The translations under genes were made by a program, and so were the position numbers. From Lobosporangium transversale (Eukaryota), in contig NW_019029012.1 in NCBI RefSeq assembly GCF_002105155.1, forward strand, positions 1 to 64,000: DNA of 64,000 nt. Reading direction: 5' to 3'. Positions 1 to 12,446 of this stretch are shown here, in pieces; the stretch's first letter is position 1; every line of letters starts with the position of its first letter. The notes under the pieces were generated by a model. That model was not told where the DNA came from, did not search any database, and saw only the letters and a program-made list of their open reading frames with translations.

Positions 1-23
1 AGGAGAAAGAGAGACATCATGTT

Positions 24-3000
24 CTAGGGTCGGAACTTGATAGTAACAGTTCCAGCCATGCTATTTTAACCATGAAAAAGTAGGTTATAAAAATTAGAAA
101 AAGGTCAAGGATATCCTAATGATATATACCAGCCCTCGATATAGAATACATTAACAAAACTTACGTTGCATATTGCGAGGAATGAGATGAAGTGACAACG
201 ACATCGTCACGACCATCCTTATTTAAATCCCCAACAAGTAGTTGGGATCCAAAACGGCCCCTGAAATCAGTCCCAATGAAACATTGTTTGATTCCATCCC
301 GAATTGGATCTTCGTCATCATCACCATCGCCGTCACCCTCACCAATAACACCGTCATTATTACAGCCATGGGCAAGTTGTCGACCCCGTACGCCAAGTAC
401 ATCCTTTTTGTTCTGCTTTATCTTTTTTCGTCTTCCAACATCCTTGTCGTCAGTCTTTTCAAAACTAGGAACCCACTCTAATAAACGGCCTGCCTCAGCT
501 TTTGCGTAGGGCTCTGTCAACCAAAGGCTTCTTCCATTAGTTGAAACCTCCATCGCTGCAGACAAATGTGCCATCGATTGTGATCCTTGTAATGAATCAC
601 GTATAATTTCCTTATCCGCATCCAAATCCGATATACCAATTTCGGTTCCATCCGATAATGTAGTGATATCCAAGATCCGGACCATCCCCGCTTGCCAAAG
701 TCGGCCAAATTGTGGCAGCCGACGCAACACGTCTTCAGACTGTGATCCAACAATGAGATATTCTGGCTCAAAAGCTCCAATAGGGGTCTTTGAAGAAATA
801 TGACGAGTACCACTAAGACTTGAACCAAGCTGTTGAAACTTCGCGTTACCATGGATGGTAAAAGCTTTTTGTGGCTCAAGCAGCTCTCTATTGTCCTGGG
901 CAGTAGCAGGCATATGGCTGTAGCGTTTCAGGAGATCAGGGATTACAAATCCCTCTATCTTTCCACGCATGGCTTCAGCCTCTCCCACGCCGAAGGCAGG
1001 TGACCCAACGACCAAAATCCTTCGTAACTCAGCAGACTTGTCCTCATAATCGTAGGAAGCTCGTCGAGACCATCCCCAAAGATCAGATAAAGATAACTGG
1101 ATCCTTTTAAGGATTGAGGTCAGGCTTTGTATGCTCCACTTCTTTGACTTGGTCTTGATGTGTTGGGGATAAATCTGCGAGACAACAGCAAAGGATGCTC
1201 CAAACCAGCCGAAAGCGTCTTCACCTTGCACCTCCCAATCGCGCTGTGTATCGAGCTTATGCCCAGTATGATTGCCTGCTGACAAGAACACTAAAACCTT
1301 TCCTGCTTGTGGGTTAAATCGCCTTGGCTTTGAGTCCTCCATCCTATGGTCCTCATCAATGTTGACGTCATTACCGTTGTCATTGTTGCGGGATGCATCA
1401 GTACTTAATCTCTTTTCCAATGGCCATCGGATGGGTGTGATTGCAGTCGGCATACCCATTATCAGATCCTTATAACCAGTTCCAGTCAAGTCCAACCCTT
1501 GAAGCACACGCCCCAATCCAGTCAATGCATTCATTCTTGGTGGGACCCTATCAGTCACATCCTTATCACGGTCATGATGGATTACAAGATCTGGCCGTTT
1601 GCTTAGCCCAGTGCCTTTATGTCCAAAGTATACAAAGACTGCTCCATCATATTCCAAGCCCTTGGCTCCATAACCTGGTGAGCCAATTGCGAGATCATCG
1701 ATACCATCTTGATTCATGTCGACAACAGCAAGGGACCACCCAAATCGAGATTGGGGTTGTTCAGGGTCACCATAAAGTATTTGTGAGGCTACCGATCTCA
1801 CGTCTGTACCACTTTCCTCTCCATTACCTTCTGCTGAAGCGAATACTGACCGGCCGGGCAATATAAAGACTGCCCCCTGGGATGGGACCAATGGATCGAT
1901 GTGGAAATGCGGAGCTGATATAGCCATATCCACGTCACCGTCTCCATCAAAGTCGCCCGTTGCGGCTGCATGACCAAACGAAGAGTATTCTACTGGAAGG
2001 AAAAACGTTCGTGCATTGGAGTCTTGTCCGTCAGAGAAAGAAAGGCAACCTCCGGATTCATTCACAAGGCCATCATCATTATGATTAGCCGTAGGCTCAA
2101 GTTGGGCTATAACCTGATCTCGGCTATCGCTGCCGTCGAGCTTATTCTTTGAGAATATTTGCTGCTGCATATCTGACCTGAATAAGCTTTTGAAGACACC
2201 CATGCCATCATCCTTTACTTTTGCTTCGGAATCGTCCGCAATATTCAAGACTTGGACCATTTCCCCTGCACCCATTTCTTTAGCCTTTTGGTCATCATCA
2301 ACTATCTCTTTGATCGAAAAGGTAACCATCCCAGTGTTGTCATCCACATCGGTCACCACTTTCAAACCTGCATCGCTCAGCTTTATCAATGCTAAGGCAC
2401 CATCTACACCACTTGTTCCCTGCCCTCTGTGTCCATGTTGATGTCGGACTCTACCCTCGCGTGTGCGCTCCATAGCTGCTCTGCGGCCCCTCCTTGTCCT
2501 TTCTTCCCATAAAGCATAACACATATTGAAGGTATTGTTGCGGTCCCCAATGCCACTGGGTAATTTACGTTCTTGATCCAAATAGCCCACAAGACCGCTC
2601 CAGCAGTCAATTGTCCACTCTGACATATCGCGTAGACCACCCATAGGGTAGTCCTCTATTTGTTCGACTAAGAACGGTGACTATACAAACACATAAAGCA
2701 ATTGAGATCAGTTATCCATTCGTTGACTTTTGTTGTCGTTGTTGTTGTTGCTGTTACTATTGATGCAAAGAAACTTTAATATAATTTGCTTTACCCTGGA
2801 CGCATACACGGGAAATAACTGACTACCAAGTCGAGCATTTGCTTGAGCACCAGCAAAGCCGTTACGCATACAATGGCTTAAGACGGGCCCAGGAACTCTA
2901 TAGCCCATTCGCTTATAGATCGCCGAAATGTCTCTTACTGGCACTTTCCACATGGTTAATAGATGATCCATTTTGCTCATGTGGCTCAACACAAACTCGG

Positions 3001-3158
3001 CGCCAATGTCGGCTAAAGTGTGTCCTTGAGAATAATCACCCTGGAAACTAATTTGAGCTAATGTATTGATAAAGCCAGCATCTAGTCCATGGAGAGCATG
3101 CCATGACATGTCACCTAAAGAATGGGATACTATTCCGAATAGGAATATGATTAAGGCC

Positions 3159-3196
<38 letters not shown>

Positions 3197-4208
3197 AGTT
3201 TAAAGAATTAGATCATTTGATCATTTGAAGTCGCTAGAAAATATTACGCATACTTTCTAGCTCCAATTAGTGCAAGTTAGAAAGGCTCGGGAGAAAGGGG
3301 CTGGGAAGTTTGATGAGAGTGAGGTAATTTTGTTATTGCGTACCTTAACATGATCATCCCATGGCTTTGGGTAGGTTTCTAGAATATATCTTATGGATGC
3401 TTCTGCAAATGGGGGCCAATGCGCCTAAAAAGCAAAAGACATATAAAAAAAAATAAAATAAAATAAAAAAAAAAAAAATGAGAAAAGAGTGCACGAAGGA
3501 CAAACAAGTACACAGCAAAGAAGAGAGGTTCGTGCCTGCTTCATTTAGTCAAGTTGCACAGAAGGAGGAAAAAAAAAAAGGGGGAAATTGGATCACCAAA
3601 CCCAAGAGTTGGCTGCACAATTGCACAGACATGCTGAATAAAAAAAATAAAAATAAAAAAAAAAAGGGCGGAGGAGGCGAAGCATTTCAATCACTCGTCC
3701 AATCAATCATTTAACTCATCGCTCCTTTTCTTTCCCTTCATTGATTCATTGCCTTGAAAGGAAGAGAAAATCTAGGTCAGTTGAATAAAAGTACCTCTTC
3801 AGCGGCTTGGTTCCATATCTTGCCAATACAGTCGTATCCCCAGTCTGGAAAGAAGCTCCCTGCAAAGAGAGACTCTTTTTGAGCCAGCAGTGGTATATAA
3901 TCATATAATCCTCGCGACTGGTTCCTGACACTGTTTTGATGTGTATCTGTATTTAAGTTTGACAATGATAACAGGCGTGATGAAGAAGATGGTGATGATG
4001 CTGTTGATGCTGTTGATGGATGAAAAGGAGAAAAAGAGACTGCGAGACTATGTGCCGAAAGGATCCGACTGGCGCGGAAGGCAACCTCATTGTGGATGGT
4101 GACACCACAGCTGTCAACTAGGACAATTCTTTTTGAGTTGAGTGTGACTATGACTAAGCCCAGAGCCACAGAGAGACTAAGGGTACGACAAAGAGAGCGC
4201 CGTAACAT
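24..4208 (-). CDS. GPLD1: GPI-specific phospholipase D (GPLD1-like): N-terminal Zn-dependent phospholipase domain plus FG-GAP/integrin-alpha-like repeats; 5 exons (about 4208-3795, 3424-3344, 3157-2795, 2680-165, 60-24)
   Basis: Spliced GT-AG translation gives a signal-like N-terminus, CGVTIHNEVA, GSFFPDWGY, AHWPPF, FGIVSHSLGDMSWH and SPFLVEQIEDYPMGGL, matching recalled animal GPLD1 motifs. These are followed by FG-GAP repeats (FGHAAATGDFDGDG, FGWSLAVVDMNQDGIDDLAIGSP, FGSQLLVGDLNKDGRDD). Confidence 0.88.
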
Positions 4209-5763
4209 AATTGCAATTGTTTTTTGTTTGTGTTGAAGTGGACCAATATCGCACGCGATATCTATTTCATGTAAAGAGGATGGATGTTTGGATGAACGGT
4301 AATAGAGAGGGGGAGAAGAGAGAAGGGTAAGAGAATGAATGACAAAATATGAGAAAGGAAAAGAAGGGGAACAAAAAGAGAAAGAACACAAATGACAAGA
4401 CGAACAAATAAACGGTTTACACTAAATAATATTCAAAAGTAAATGGCAAATGGCAAATGGAATGGAATGAATGTGCAATGTGCAATTCAATGTAAACTCA
4501 TGGAGTAGGTTAGAGACAGAAAGTAGCCTCGATATTGTTACGCCCTCCAATGTCATGAATCTGAAAGGTTTTAGTCCTTCAGAATTGTCATGACTTGATG
4601 ACAGGATGGGCGCAGACCTGTCGGAGTGCTAATAAGATCGACTAAAAAATGAAAAAATCATTACCATTATCATTACTATCGCCATTGCCTTTGCCTTTGC
4701 CTTTGCCTTTGCATACAAATATGATCCTTCACCCTTGACAAACTCCTCTCTGCACCTTGATGCCTTGTCTGTCTTCAGTCTGTTTCTTGACTTTTTTTTT
4801 TTTTTTTTTTTTTTCCTTCCCCATTTCTTCCTCTTTCACTTTCTCTTTTCTCTCACGCTTTTTGTTTCTTTTCTTCTTTGCCTCCTCTTTATTAATTTAT
4901 TTTTCCGATCTCGAGATCAGATAGCAAAGTCCTAACATGGCTTCCTATCTTTTGTGATGCAGACCAAAAAGAGACAATAAAAAAAAAAAAAGTGAGACAA
5001 AGAACATGGACATTACTAAAAGAAAAAAGGTATCAGGCAACCTTTGCTTTCGTCCACATGAACTTGGTCAGGTTGACTACTTCCACATTTGCCCCGCGTG
5101 TTGTCATGATTGTCAAAAAGAAATGACCAAATTTATGAGGACTGACCCAAAAAAAAATAAAATAAAAATAAAATAAAAAAGGGCTGAAGTTGTCAAATTA
5201 ACATGTTCAAGAGACAATTGCCATCAACAGCCCATTTGATCAGGCTTTGCCCACACAGTGTACACGTAACCGCATGGTTGGTTTACATGTACTACGTCCT
5301 CCTTTCTTTGAGAAATCCTTATCATCGATGATTGCATCAAATGTTACACCTGTGTGCTGTTATTGTTGACATGTTCAGAAGGATATGAGAAGCTCACTGT
5401 TCACTCAAATGACGAGCACTTGACCCTCCTGGGATGTTCCCCACCCTACCAAAAAGAAAAAAATTGAGGAAAAAAAAAGACATCTGCTGACAAGCTCATC
5501 TTCTTCCGACACGTGTACATGTACGGCCCTTTATTTCTTTGCCTTTTTTACCACTGCTGACTGCTATCATCATATTAAGCTACTCAGTTTTGTTTTCTAA
5601 CATTCTACGCGCCCGCCCACCTGCCTAGATTACTTCAAAAAATATTGTGTAATTGTGGACGCGATTTCTACTTTTCTGTCATGCGTGACTGCGCCCAGGC
5701 AAAAATAATAATTTGTACCTCAGAAGCTTTTGTTCAACTCCTCCTAACTTGGACCCATTCGCC

Positions 5764-7619
5764 ATGGAAGGACACCAAGTGGTAGGCGCACTAGGTGAAG
5801 AAGACGGAGAAGAGAGCACAATACTTGGTAATCTCCAACATCAGGGCATGGTCCAGGATTCAAGCGACAGCTTTGGACTATTCAGCCCATCACAACCAAC
5901 ACAGACAGGAATCTCGCAGCAATTTCGGACAAGTACTCCATGGCAGACTCAGACCAGCGCCTCATGGCAGACACGATCAAGTTCTCCATGGCAAACGCAG
6001 ACCAATACACTATCAACGCCATCGCGAGCCCATGAACGCTTTCAAGGAGGATCAGGCTTTGGTAGTGATGGCGTCAGCATTAGTTCTTCGCCCTTGTCAC
6101 GAATCCGAGGCAGTGAACATTTGTCATCGTCACCATCAATGACTCAGAGCGACATTCTCAATGTAGAAAAGAGTCGCGTTTTGGAGCAGCTCCGTCATAT
6201 GACAGCAGAAGTAGACCAACTCGAGAGTAGGCTTCAAGCCGCTAAACGTAGACGAGCCAGAGCAGCAGCAGCAGCCCTTCAGAAACAAAAGGATGGACAG
6301 GATTCTGAGATCAAGGAAATGAGGTACATCATTCAGCTCTCTCAAAGCATCTAAGCAACGCAAAATAAATCTGGATATTAACGATGTTTATGGCTAATGA
6401 GGTTTTTTATTTTATTTTTCCTCTCCCTCGACTTATTACAGGAATATTCTTGGAAGCGTTCATCAAATAAGTATATCAAAGAAATCAGATGGCACTAAAG
6501 CAGATGGACAGCCGATCAATACACCTCTTTCTGGTCAGACGATTTCAGGGATCAACATTGAGACGGTAACGGCCGAACTAACCAGGATCACATTCAGTTA
6601 ATTGTTAAACGTGAAGCGTTAACCGCTAACGAGCATTGATTTTTATTTTGTTAATACACACATGCGTATAGATTCGAAAGCTACAGAATTTCACCAACAT
6701 TGCATTCACGTCTATCTACAACCGAAAGATTTCGGAATCAAATGAAGGCCTGAAAGATTATCGATACTACATCGCTGGAGTGTGTTTACAACTAGAGTTC
6801 GAAATCGATTTTACAGTTCATGAACCAAATCTCAATGTCACCGACTTGTCGATTAAGCTACCGCATAGCATACAAACGGAACTGAGACAATTTGTCTTGA
6901 GGTAATAAAAAAAAAATAAAAAAAAAATAAAAAGCAAGGTGGAACACACAACCTCTCTCCCCCTCCTTCCTCCCTGTGGTTTTATGTTGCTCCTTCCCCC
7001 CATTGGAAAAAGATGGTTGTTAACCTTATATTTCCTCATAATAATATACACAAACAATAGAGCGCAAAGCGAATCCCTATTACTCCCTTTCTTTAGAACC
7101 CTTATCCTTTATGCGCAAATGGACTATGACCGACAAACATTGATGAACAACCTTGCTAGGCGCTTCCCTAACCTTGTCAAGATTAATCAGACTATTAGTA
7201 GGCTCTCTAAGAACCTACGGTCTAAATCCACTACCTCAGATGAACCGATTACTCATGTATCTCCTGCAGGCTCTGGTGTACAAACTTTAGTGTTCAGTGG
7301 ACCAAGGTAATTGAAAAAAAAAAAAAAAAAAAAAAAAATGGCATTGCATCTTTCCGTGGATGACGCCCATGACTCAGTTAGAGCGAGAATATAGTCCTTA
7401 GTTTTTTATTTGTTTTATTTTATTATAGGAAATCATCTCCAGAGCTTGTTCTTCACTGGGCAATCGATGTGACAGACCAAGGCAAGGTTATACCACGCGT
7501 ACGACTTCTTCCGAGGATGCCAAAGAAATGTAAGCTTCTTTAGCAAACATCTAAGTCTTATGCGTGCCATATCTATGTTAGCCTCTAGACAAATGTTCTT
7601 TTATTTTTAATGACCTGTG

Positions 7620-7653
<34 letters not shown>

Positions 7654-7854
7654 GGGAAACAAGTGGATGAAAAAGGGACATTGGATGCGATTCCTATGCA
7701 ATTTGTTCGGCTAATGCAGCTGAAAGGGACTGAAGGGGCAGTTGCTATCCTGCTGCAGTGTATCTATGGGCCGCAGAATGCCAAGGCCACAGAGGAAGAC
7801 GAGGAAGACGAAGAAGAAGAGGGAGTAGAGGAAGAATCCAAAGATTCATCATGA
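5764..7854 (+). CDS. Kinetochore protein CENP-P/Ctf19-like (multi-exon)
   Basis: Spliced translation gives a coiled coil, then ...VTDLSIKLPHSIQTELRQFVLRAQSESLLLPFFRTL...LARRFP...PELVLHWAIDVTDQGKVIPRVRLLPRMP...DAIPMQFVRLMQLKGTEGAV. This parallels the recalled CENP-P double-RWD pattern (ELSEFVSRAE..FFRSL..ELVIVWRIQIDEDGKVFP). Confidence 0.75.
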
Positions 7855-8587
7855 AGAGTGAAGAGTGAAGAGTGGAGGGTAAAGGGTGAGACATGCACAA
7901 CAACAATACTTTGCATATCATGCGATTGTACGTTCTGTGGACATTTTGCCAATTTCTGTGTGACCCAAGTCGTGTGCATGCCCATGCAGGATAGGAATCT
8001 GTGACTCCTCATTTGAAGACTACTTTGGGCTTTGCTTCTAGCGCGAGTTGTATGAGTGTTCTTTGGGAAGGGTTTCAGAGCGTCCCTTGCTGATAATGCA
8101 ACCTTAATGGTATGGAAACCAAAAGGGTTTTGCTCATGTGTCCACTGCGCTGCTCCTGGAAAGTCTCTTTTTTCCTCTTTCTCTATCACGCAAGACATGT
8201 GTAAAACAATCATCATAGTAGAGCATGTTACTTAACGTGGCAACCATTTGCATGAATAAATAGAAACAAAGCAAAAAAAAAAAAAAAGAAGCGAATTACT
8301 CACTCTTTTCTTCTCACCTCACATTCTCTACCCTCCTCTATCTCTTCTCTTTCTTCTTTCCTCTCTCTCCCTCTCTCTCTCTCTGTACTATTCTATCTTC
8401 CTCTCTGTCTCTCTGTACATATTACTCCTTTTTTTTTCTTCTTTTCTTTTTCTTTTTTCTTTGTTTTCTTGCCATCAGTGCTCTTTTTTTCCTTCCTTTT
8501 TTTCCCCAGGCACTCCCTGTTTGTCACCCAACCACATACTTTTCTTTTTGTTATCGCTTTTTTTTTTTTCCTTTTTCCCACAGAACC

Positions 8588-9421
8588 ATGAAAGAAAATC
8601 ATCACTTGGGTTCAGAGGACATCGTGGTTCAGAGTGAGCCAATGGATACCGACATGGATGCCCATACCCAGTATACAGATCTGAAGCAGGCAGCAGAAAC
8701 TTATCGAGAGTCTGGTATGTCTCCTGATGCTGAGCGACTCGTGAGTGGTATAAAAGCTATCGAGGAAGAAGTCCCTTCACAAGCTGGGGAACTTACTGCT
8801 CAAGAATCCCGAGAAGAGACTCCACCACTCTCTTCGTCTCCTTCAGAGTCGTCAGTCTCATCATGCTCTGACAATGAGTTACCGACGCCAATTACTTCAA
8901 GTCTAGAGGATGATATCCAAAAGTTGCACGATAATCTTTTATCAAGTACTTTTCAGAGCACCTCATCCTTTCTCTTTAGTGAATCCAGTAATCTACGATC
9001 TTCATTATCCTCCTCATCTAGCCCTATAACAACAACAACAACAACAACAATGCCGTCGTATTCTTCATCTACTCTTCCCATGCCAAGCATAATCCAGTCA
9101 AAGGAATCTGTATATGCAGCTGTGCCTATTTCACATGAGCTTTACATCATACCCAAGTCAAGTCGCGGATTCCAGTGGAATGGAGATCTTTTCCTAAAAC
9201 CGTACCAGCGTCGCAGTCTCGGTGTTGATCACATGTTTAGTTCAACAAATCACCACTACCAGCAGCAGTACCGTGATGGTGGAAACAGTAGTGGAGGGAT
9301 TGCTCATACTAATGGACAGCAACACAACCAGCGCCATCATAACCAGGACTCATCTGTTATAGTCCATGAGATTCGTCTTGATGATAATGAGACCGCCGGT
9401 ATTTTACCTTCTTGGCCATGA
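8588..9421 (+). CDS. Hypothetical Ser/Thr-rich protein (277 aa, single exon)
   Basis: ATG-initiated 277-codon ORF between AT-rich intergenic regions. Mostly low complexity, with ordered-looking blocks HELYIIPKSSRGFQWNGDLFLKPYQRRSLGVD and VIVHEIRLDD. Confidence 0.7.
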   Translation: MKENHHLGSEDIVVQSEPMDTDMDAHTQYTDLKQAAETYRESGMSPDAERLVSGIKAIEEEVPSQAGELTAQESREETPPLSSSPSESSVSSCSDNELPTPITSSLEDDIQKLHDNLLSSTFQSTSSFLFSESSNLRSSLSSSSSPITTTTTTTMPSYSSSTLPMPSIIQSKESVYAAVPISHELYIIPKSSRGFQWNGDLFLKPYQRRSLGVDHMFSSTNHHYQQQYRDGGNSSGGIAHTNGQQHNQRHHNQDSSVIVHEIRLDDNETAGILPSWP

Positions 9422-9887
9422 ATAAGTTGCGGGAAAAGATGTGAACGTGAAGAAGAGAGACATATCCATCTTACTCCTCTTTCTTTCCTCCACGTGAGAA
9501 AAAGACCTTTTTTTTTTTTTTTTTTTTTTTTGCTCGACCTTTACTATTATTATTTTTATTTTTAGCTCCCTTCTAATTCAAACGACTGAAAGCCTCTGGT
9601 TATTGCGACATTTGTAGATTTTTTTTTTGTTTGTTTATATCTTCAGGCTTTATTCTCGTTCCTTCCTATTTCTTTTAAAGAAATAAAGACTGCTCTGCTG
9701 TTCATATTGGATTGAAAATGTCCACACTTGTCTGGCTTGGGCTCAGCAAAAGTGGGTGTCACTTACACTTCGCCCATTAAACTTTTTTTATGAGACTCGT
9801 TTTAATAACCTTGTCACACACTTTGTTTTGTACATGCCATTAGACTTTTTTTTTTTTTTTTTTTTTTTTTAACGTGTTGTTCCCTCA

Positions 9888-9893
9888 ACGCGT
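9888..9893. promoter_or_regulatory. MCB-like element ACGCGT just upstream of the Psf3 start codon
   Basis: Perfect ACGCGT about 50 bp before the ATG of a DNA-replication gene, in CpG-poor surroundings. Confidence 0.45.
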
Positions 9894-9939
9894 CATTCTT
9901 GACACTCTGCATTGCAAACAACCTAAGAAATTTTAATTG

Positions 9940-10261
9940 ATGGAGGATTACTATGACATCGATTCAATCTTGGCTGAAGACCAGGTAATCATGATTGGAG
10001 AAGGAGGCAGGAACTCAACAAATAGAAACATTTTCTGGCATGACTTGGATTGGCTTGCAAAAGAATGTTGATCACAGACATGGCTCCATTGACATCTTGA
10101 ATGCTTTTTTTTTTTTTTTTTTTTTTCTATTTGTAGAATGTCAAATGTGTCTTTCAAAGGGATGTACCTGGATTGTCCTGGTTGGAAGGAGGACACGGTG
10201 ATACGGTATGATCTCATCTCTTATCTCTCTATCTCACATTTTTATTCACTAACTAATAGAA

Positions 10262-10295
<34 letters not shown>

Positions 10296-10329
10296 TGTGA
10301 ATGAATGTTGTATTGAACCAACCTATCGA

Positions 10330-10360
<31 letters not shown>

Positions 10361-10423
10361 GAGAGCAGGATCGAGAATCGATATTCCATTCTGGATGGCA
10401 CGAGAAATAGTAGATCAGTAAGT

Positions 10424-10460
<37 letters not shown>

Positions 10461-10753
10461 CGTTATCTTAGTATATGAATGTAAATGGGGATATTCATAT
10501 TTGCCCTGATGATAGCAACGTTTTTAATTGTTTTTATTTTTATTTTTTTTTTTTATTTTTTTTTTTATTTTTTTTTACAAATGTTGCATATATTCTTTTA
10601 TAGCCCGGAAGGCACAGTACCGATGGATATTGAAACGCCCGAGTTTTTCGGTCCTAAGGTCAGAAATGGTCTCCGAGCAGAAGCAACGGTTGTGGATCTT
10701 ACAAAGCTTTGTCCAAGTTTCTTTCGTTTTGGGATTCATTTCTTACAATTGTA

Positions 10754-10792
<39 letters not shown>

Positions 10793-11145
10793 AAAGAAAA
10801 GGAAAAGGACAAAAGTGGGCAATCCTTTTATTATTATTATTATTATTATTATTATATTATCTCTCATACTCCAAATCTTTTTTTTTTTTTTTTTTTTTTT
10901 TTTCTTTTTAGGATGGACGATCCACAGTTGGCAAAAGTATTAGAAGAGGTACGACTACTGTAACTACTACTATCACTGCTGATCTAAAATTCCATCATGG
11001 AAAGCAATCAAGGATTCATCGCCACTTTAACTTTTTTTTAGGCTTTCAAGGTACGGTTACAATTAACTATGGATCATACGCAATCAGGTGGAAACAACAA
11101 CTCGACTGAATACTTGAGTCGATTAGATGACACAGAACGTGAACG

Positions 11146-11185
<40 letters not shown>

Positions 11186-11191
11186 TACTAT

Positions 11192-11226
<35 letters not shown>

Positions 11227-11424
11227 CACCTCTTTCGATAATGCTTTACTCCCTTTCATATCTTACTATGACTGATAATGCCTAATACCTTTGATTAATG
11301 ATAATAATAAGTTTACAAGGCAGGATTGGAAAGCAGTGCATCAGTTCATCAATGGAATCAGCAATCTTTTGGAAGGATACGGTCCGCAAGCGAGATTCTT
11401 TTAAAAAGGAAACTAGGAGCATAA
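9940..11424 (+). CDS. PSF3: GINS complex subunit Psf3 (about 7 short exons)
   Basis: Exons read MEDYYDIDSILAEDQ / NVKCVFQRDVPGLSWLEGG / LRAGSRIDIPFWMA / ETPEFFGPKVRNGLRAEATVVDL...FFRFG / LSRLDDTERELYKAG...KRKLGA*, which is the Psf3 signature. Confidence 0.9.
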
Positions 11425-11608
11425 AAGAGAATCAATCAAATCAAATCAAATCAATCAAATCAAGCGGTATCATATCCACAATTTTAAGCAACTTTCTATG
11501 ACTTCATCAGTGAAGATCACGTGCCATATTGGGTCAGCAGACCTTAACTCTAAATGGCTATTTATAGTCAAACTTCAATAATTAATTGAGAATAAGGTTC
11601 ATTTCAAT

Positions 11609-11681
11609 GGGGCTGTAGCTCATTTGGTAGAGCGCTCCCTTCGCATGGGAGAGGCACTGGTTTCGACTACCAGCTGCTCCA
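11609..11681 (+). tRNA. tRNA-Ala (anticodon CGC), intronless
   Basis: GGGGCTGTAGCTCATTTGGTAGAGCG-CTCCC-TTCGCAT-GGGAG-AGGCA-CTGGT-TTCGACT-ACCAG-CTGCTCCA folds as a cloverleaf with the G3:U70 Ala determinant and a U6/U67 mismatch. T-runs follow. Confidence 0.93.
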
Positions 11682-11747
11682 CATTTTGCTTTTAATACCA
11701 CGTTATGGCTGAAGTTATTTGTACGGCCCCCGTGCAAATATCTTTTT

Positions 11748-12290
11748 GGATTAATCTATTTGGCAGCCTAGTTGCTAAATATTATTTGGCAGCCCATTGC
11801 CAAATATAATCAACTTTCAAGACTCTCTTTGGCAGCCCAGTTGCCAAATAACATTCATTATTTACTTGGCAGCCTACCCAGGGCTATTTGGCCTCTAACT
11901 ATTTATTTATTTATTTTTTTTTTTTTTTTTTTTTTTTTTCATTCCTAGGAACCGTATATGTTTATAACGCTCATACTTCAAATTAATAGAGCTCCCGTCT
12001 TCTACGTCATAGTTATGTGTAGTGACATTGTCTTCAAGTAGGTCGCTCATACAGTTTTGGAGGTGCCATTTGGAGATCAATGCCTATGAGAGGTTTTCGC
12101 TCGGAGCAAACGTGTCTCACCTACTACCTAGACGTCTTCAATAAACCATTCCCTAACCGTGTACATTGAAGGCTGTTTTGTGAAGATGTCATCGCCGCTG
12201 CCCTTAGTACCTCCGGCGGCATTAGCTGTGCAAGGCAATGTATCCACAGAACGCTGCTTGTTTTACCACTGATGTTATGACCCTGTTTAT

Positions 12291-12325
<35 letters not shown>

Positions 12326-12446
12326 TGTATTTGGCAGCCCAGCTGCCACCCAAGAGTGCGAAGTTAAGTGGCAGCCCCCAGAAGTAGGCTGCCAAATAGA
12401 GGCAAAAATTACTATATTTGGTATGGGCTGCCAAATAGATTAATCC
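11748..12446. mobile_element. Non-autonomous Mutator-like (MULE) DNA transposon, about 700 bp
   Basis: Terminal inverted repeat GGATTAATCTATTTGGCAGCC...GGCTGCCAAATAGATTAATCC with a perfect 9-bp TSD TATCTTTTT (11739-11747 and 12447-12455). Many subterminal TTGGCAGCC/GCCAAATA repeats. Confidence 0.88.

Noticed and set aside
11755..11900. Spaced TTGGCAGCC repeats resembling a CRISPR-like array
   Set aside because: Irregular spacing, eukaryotic context, and explained as MULE subterminal repeats.
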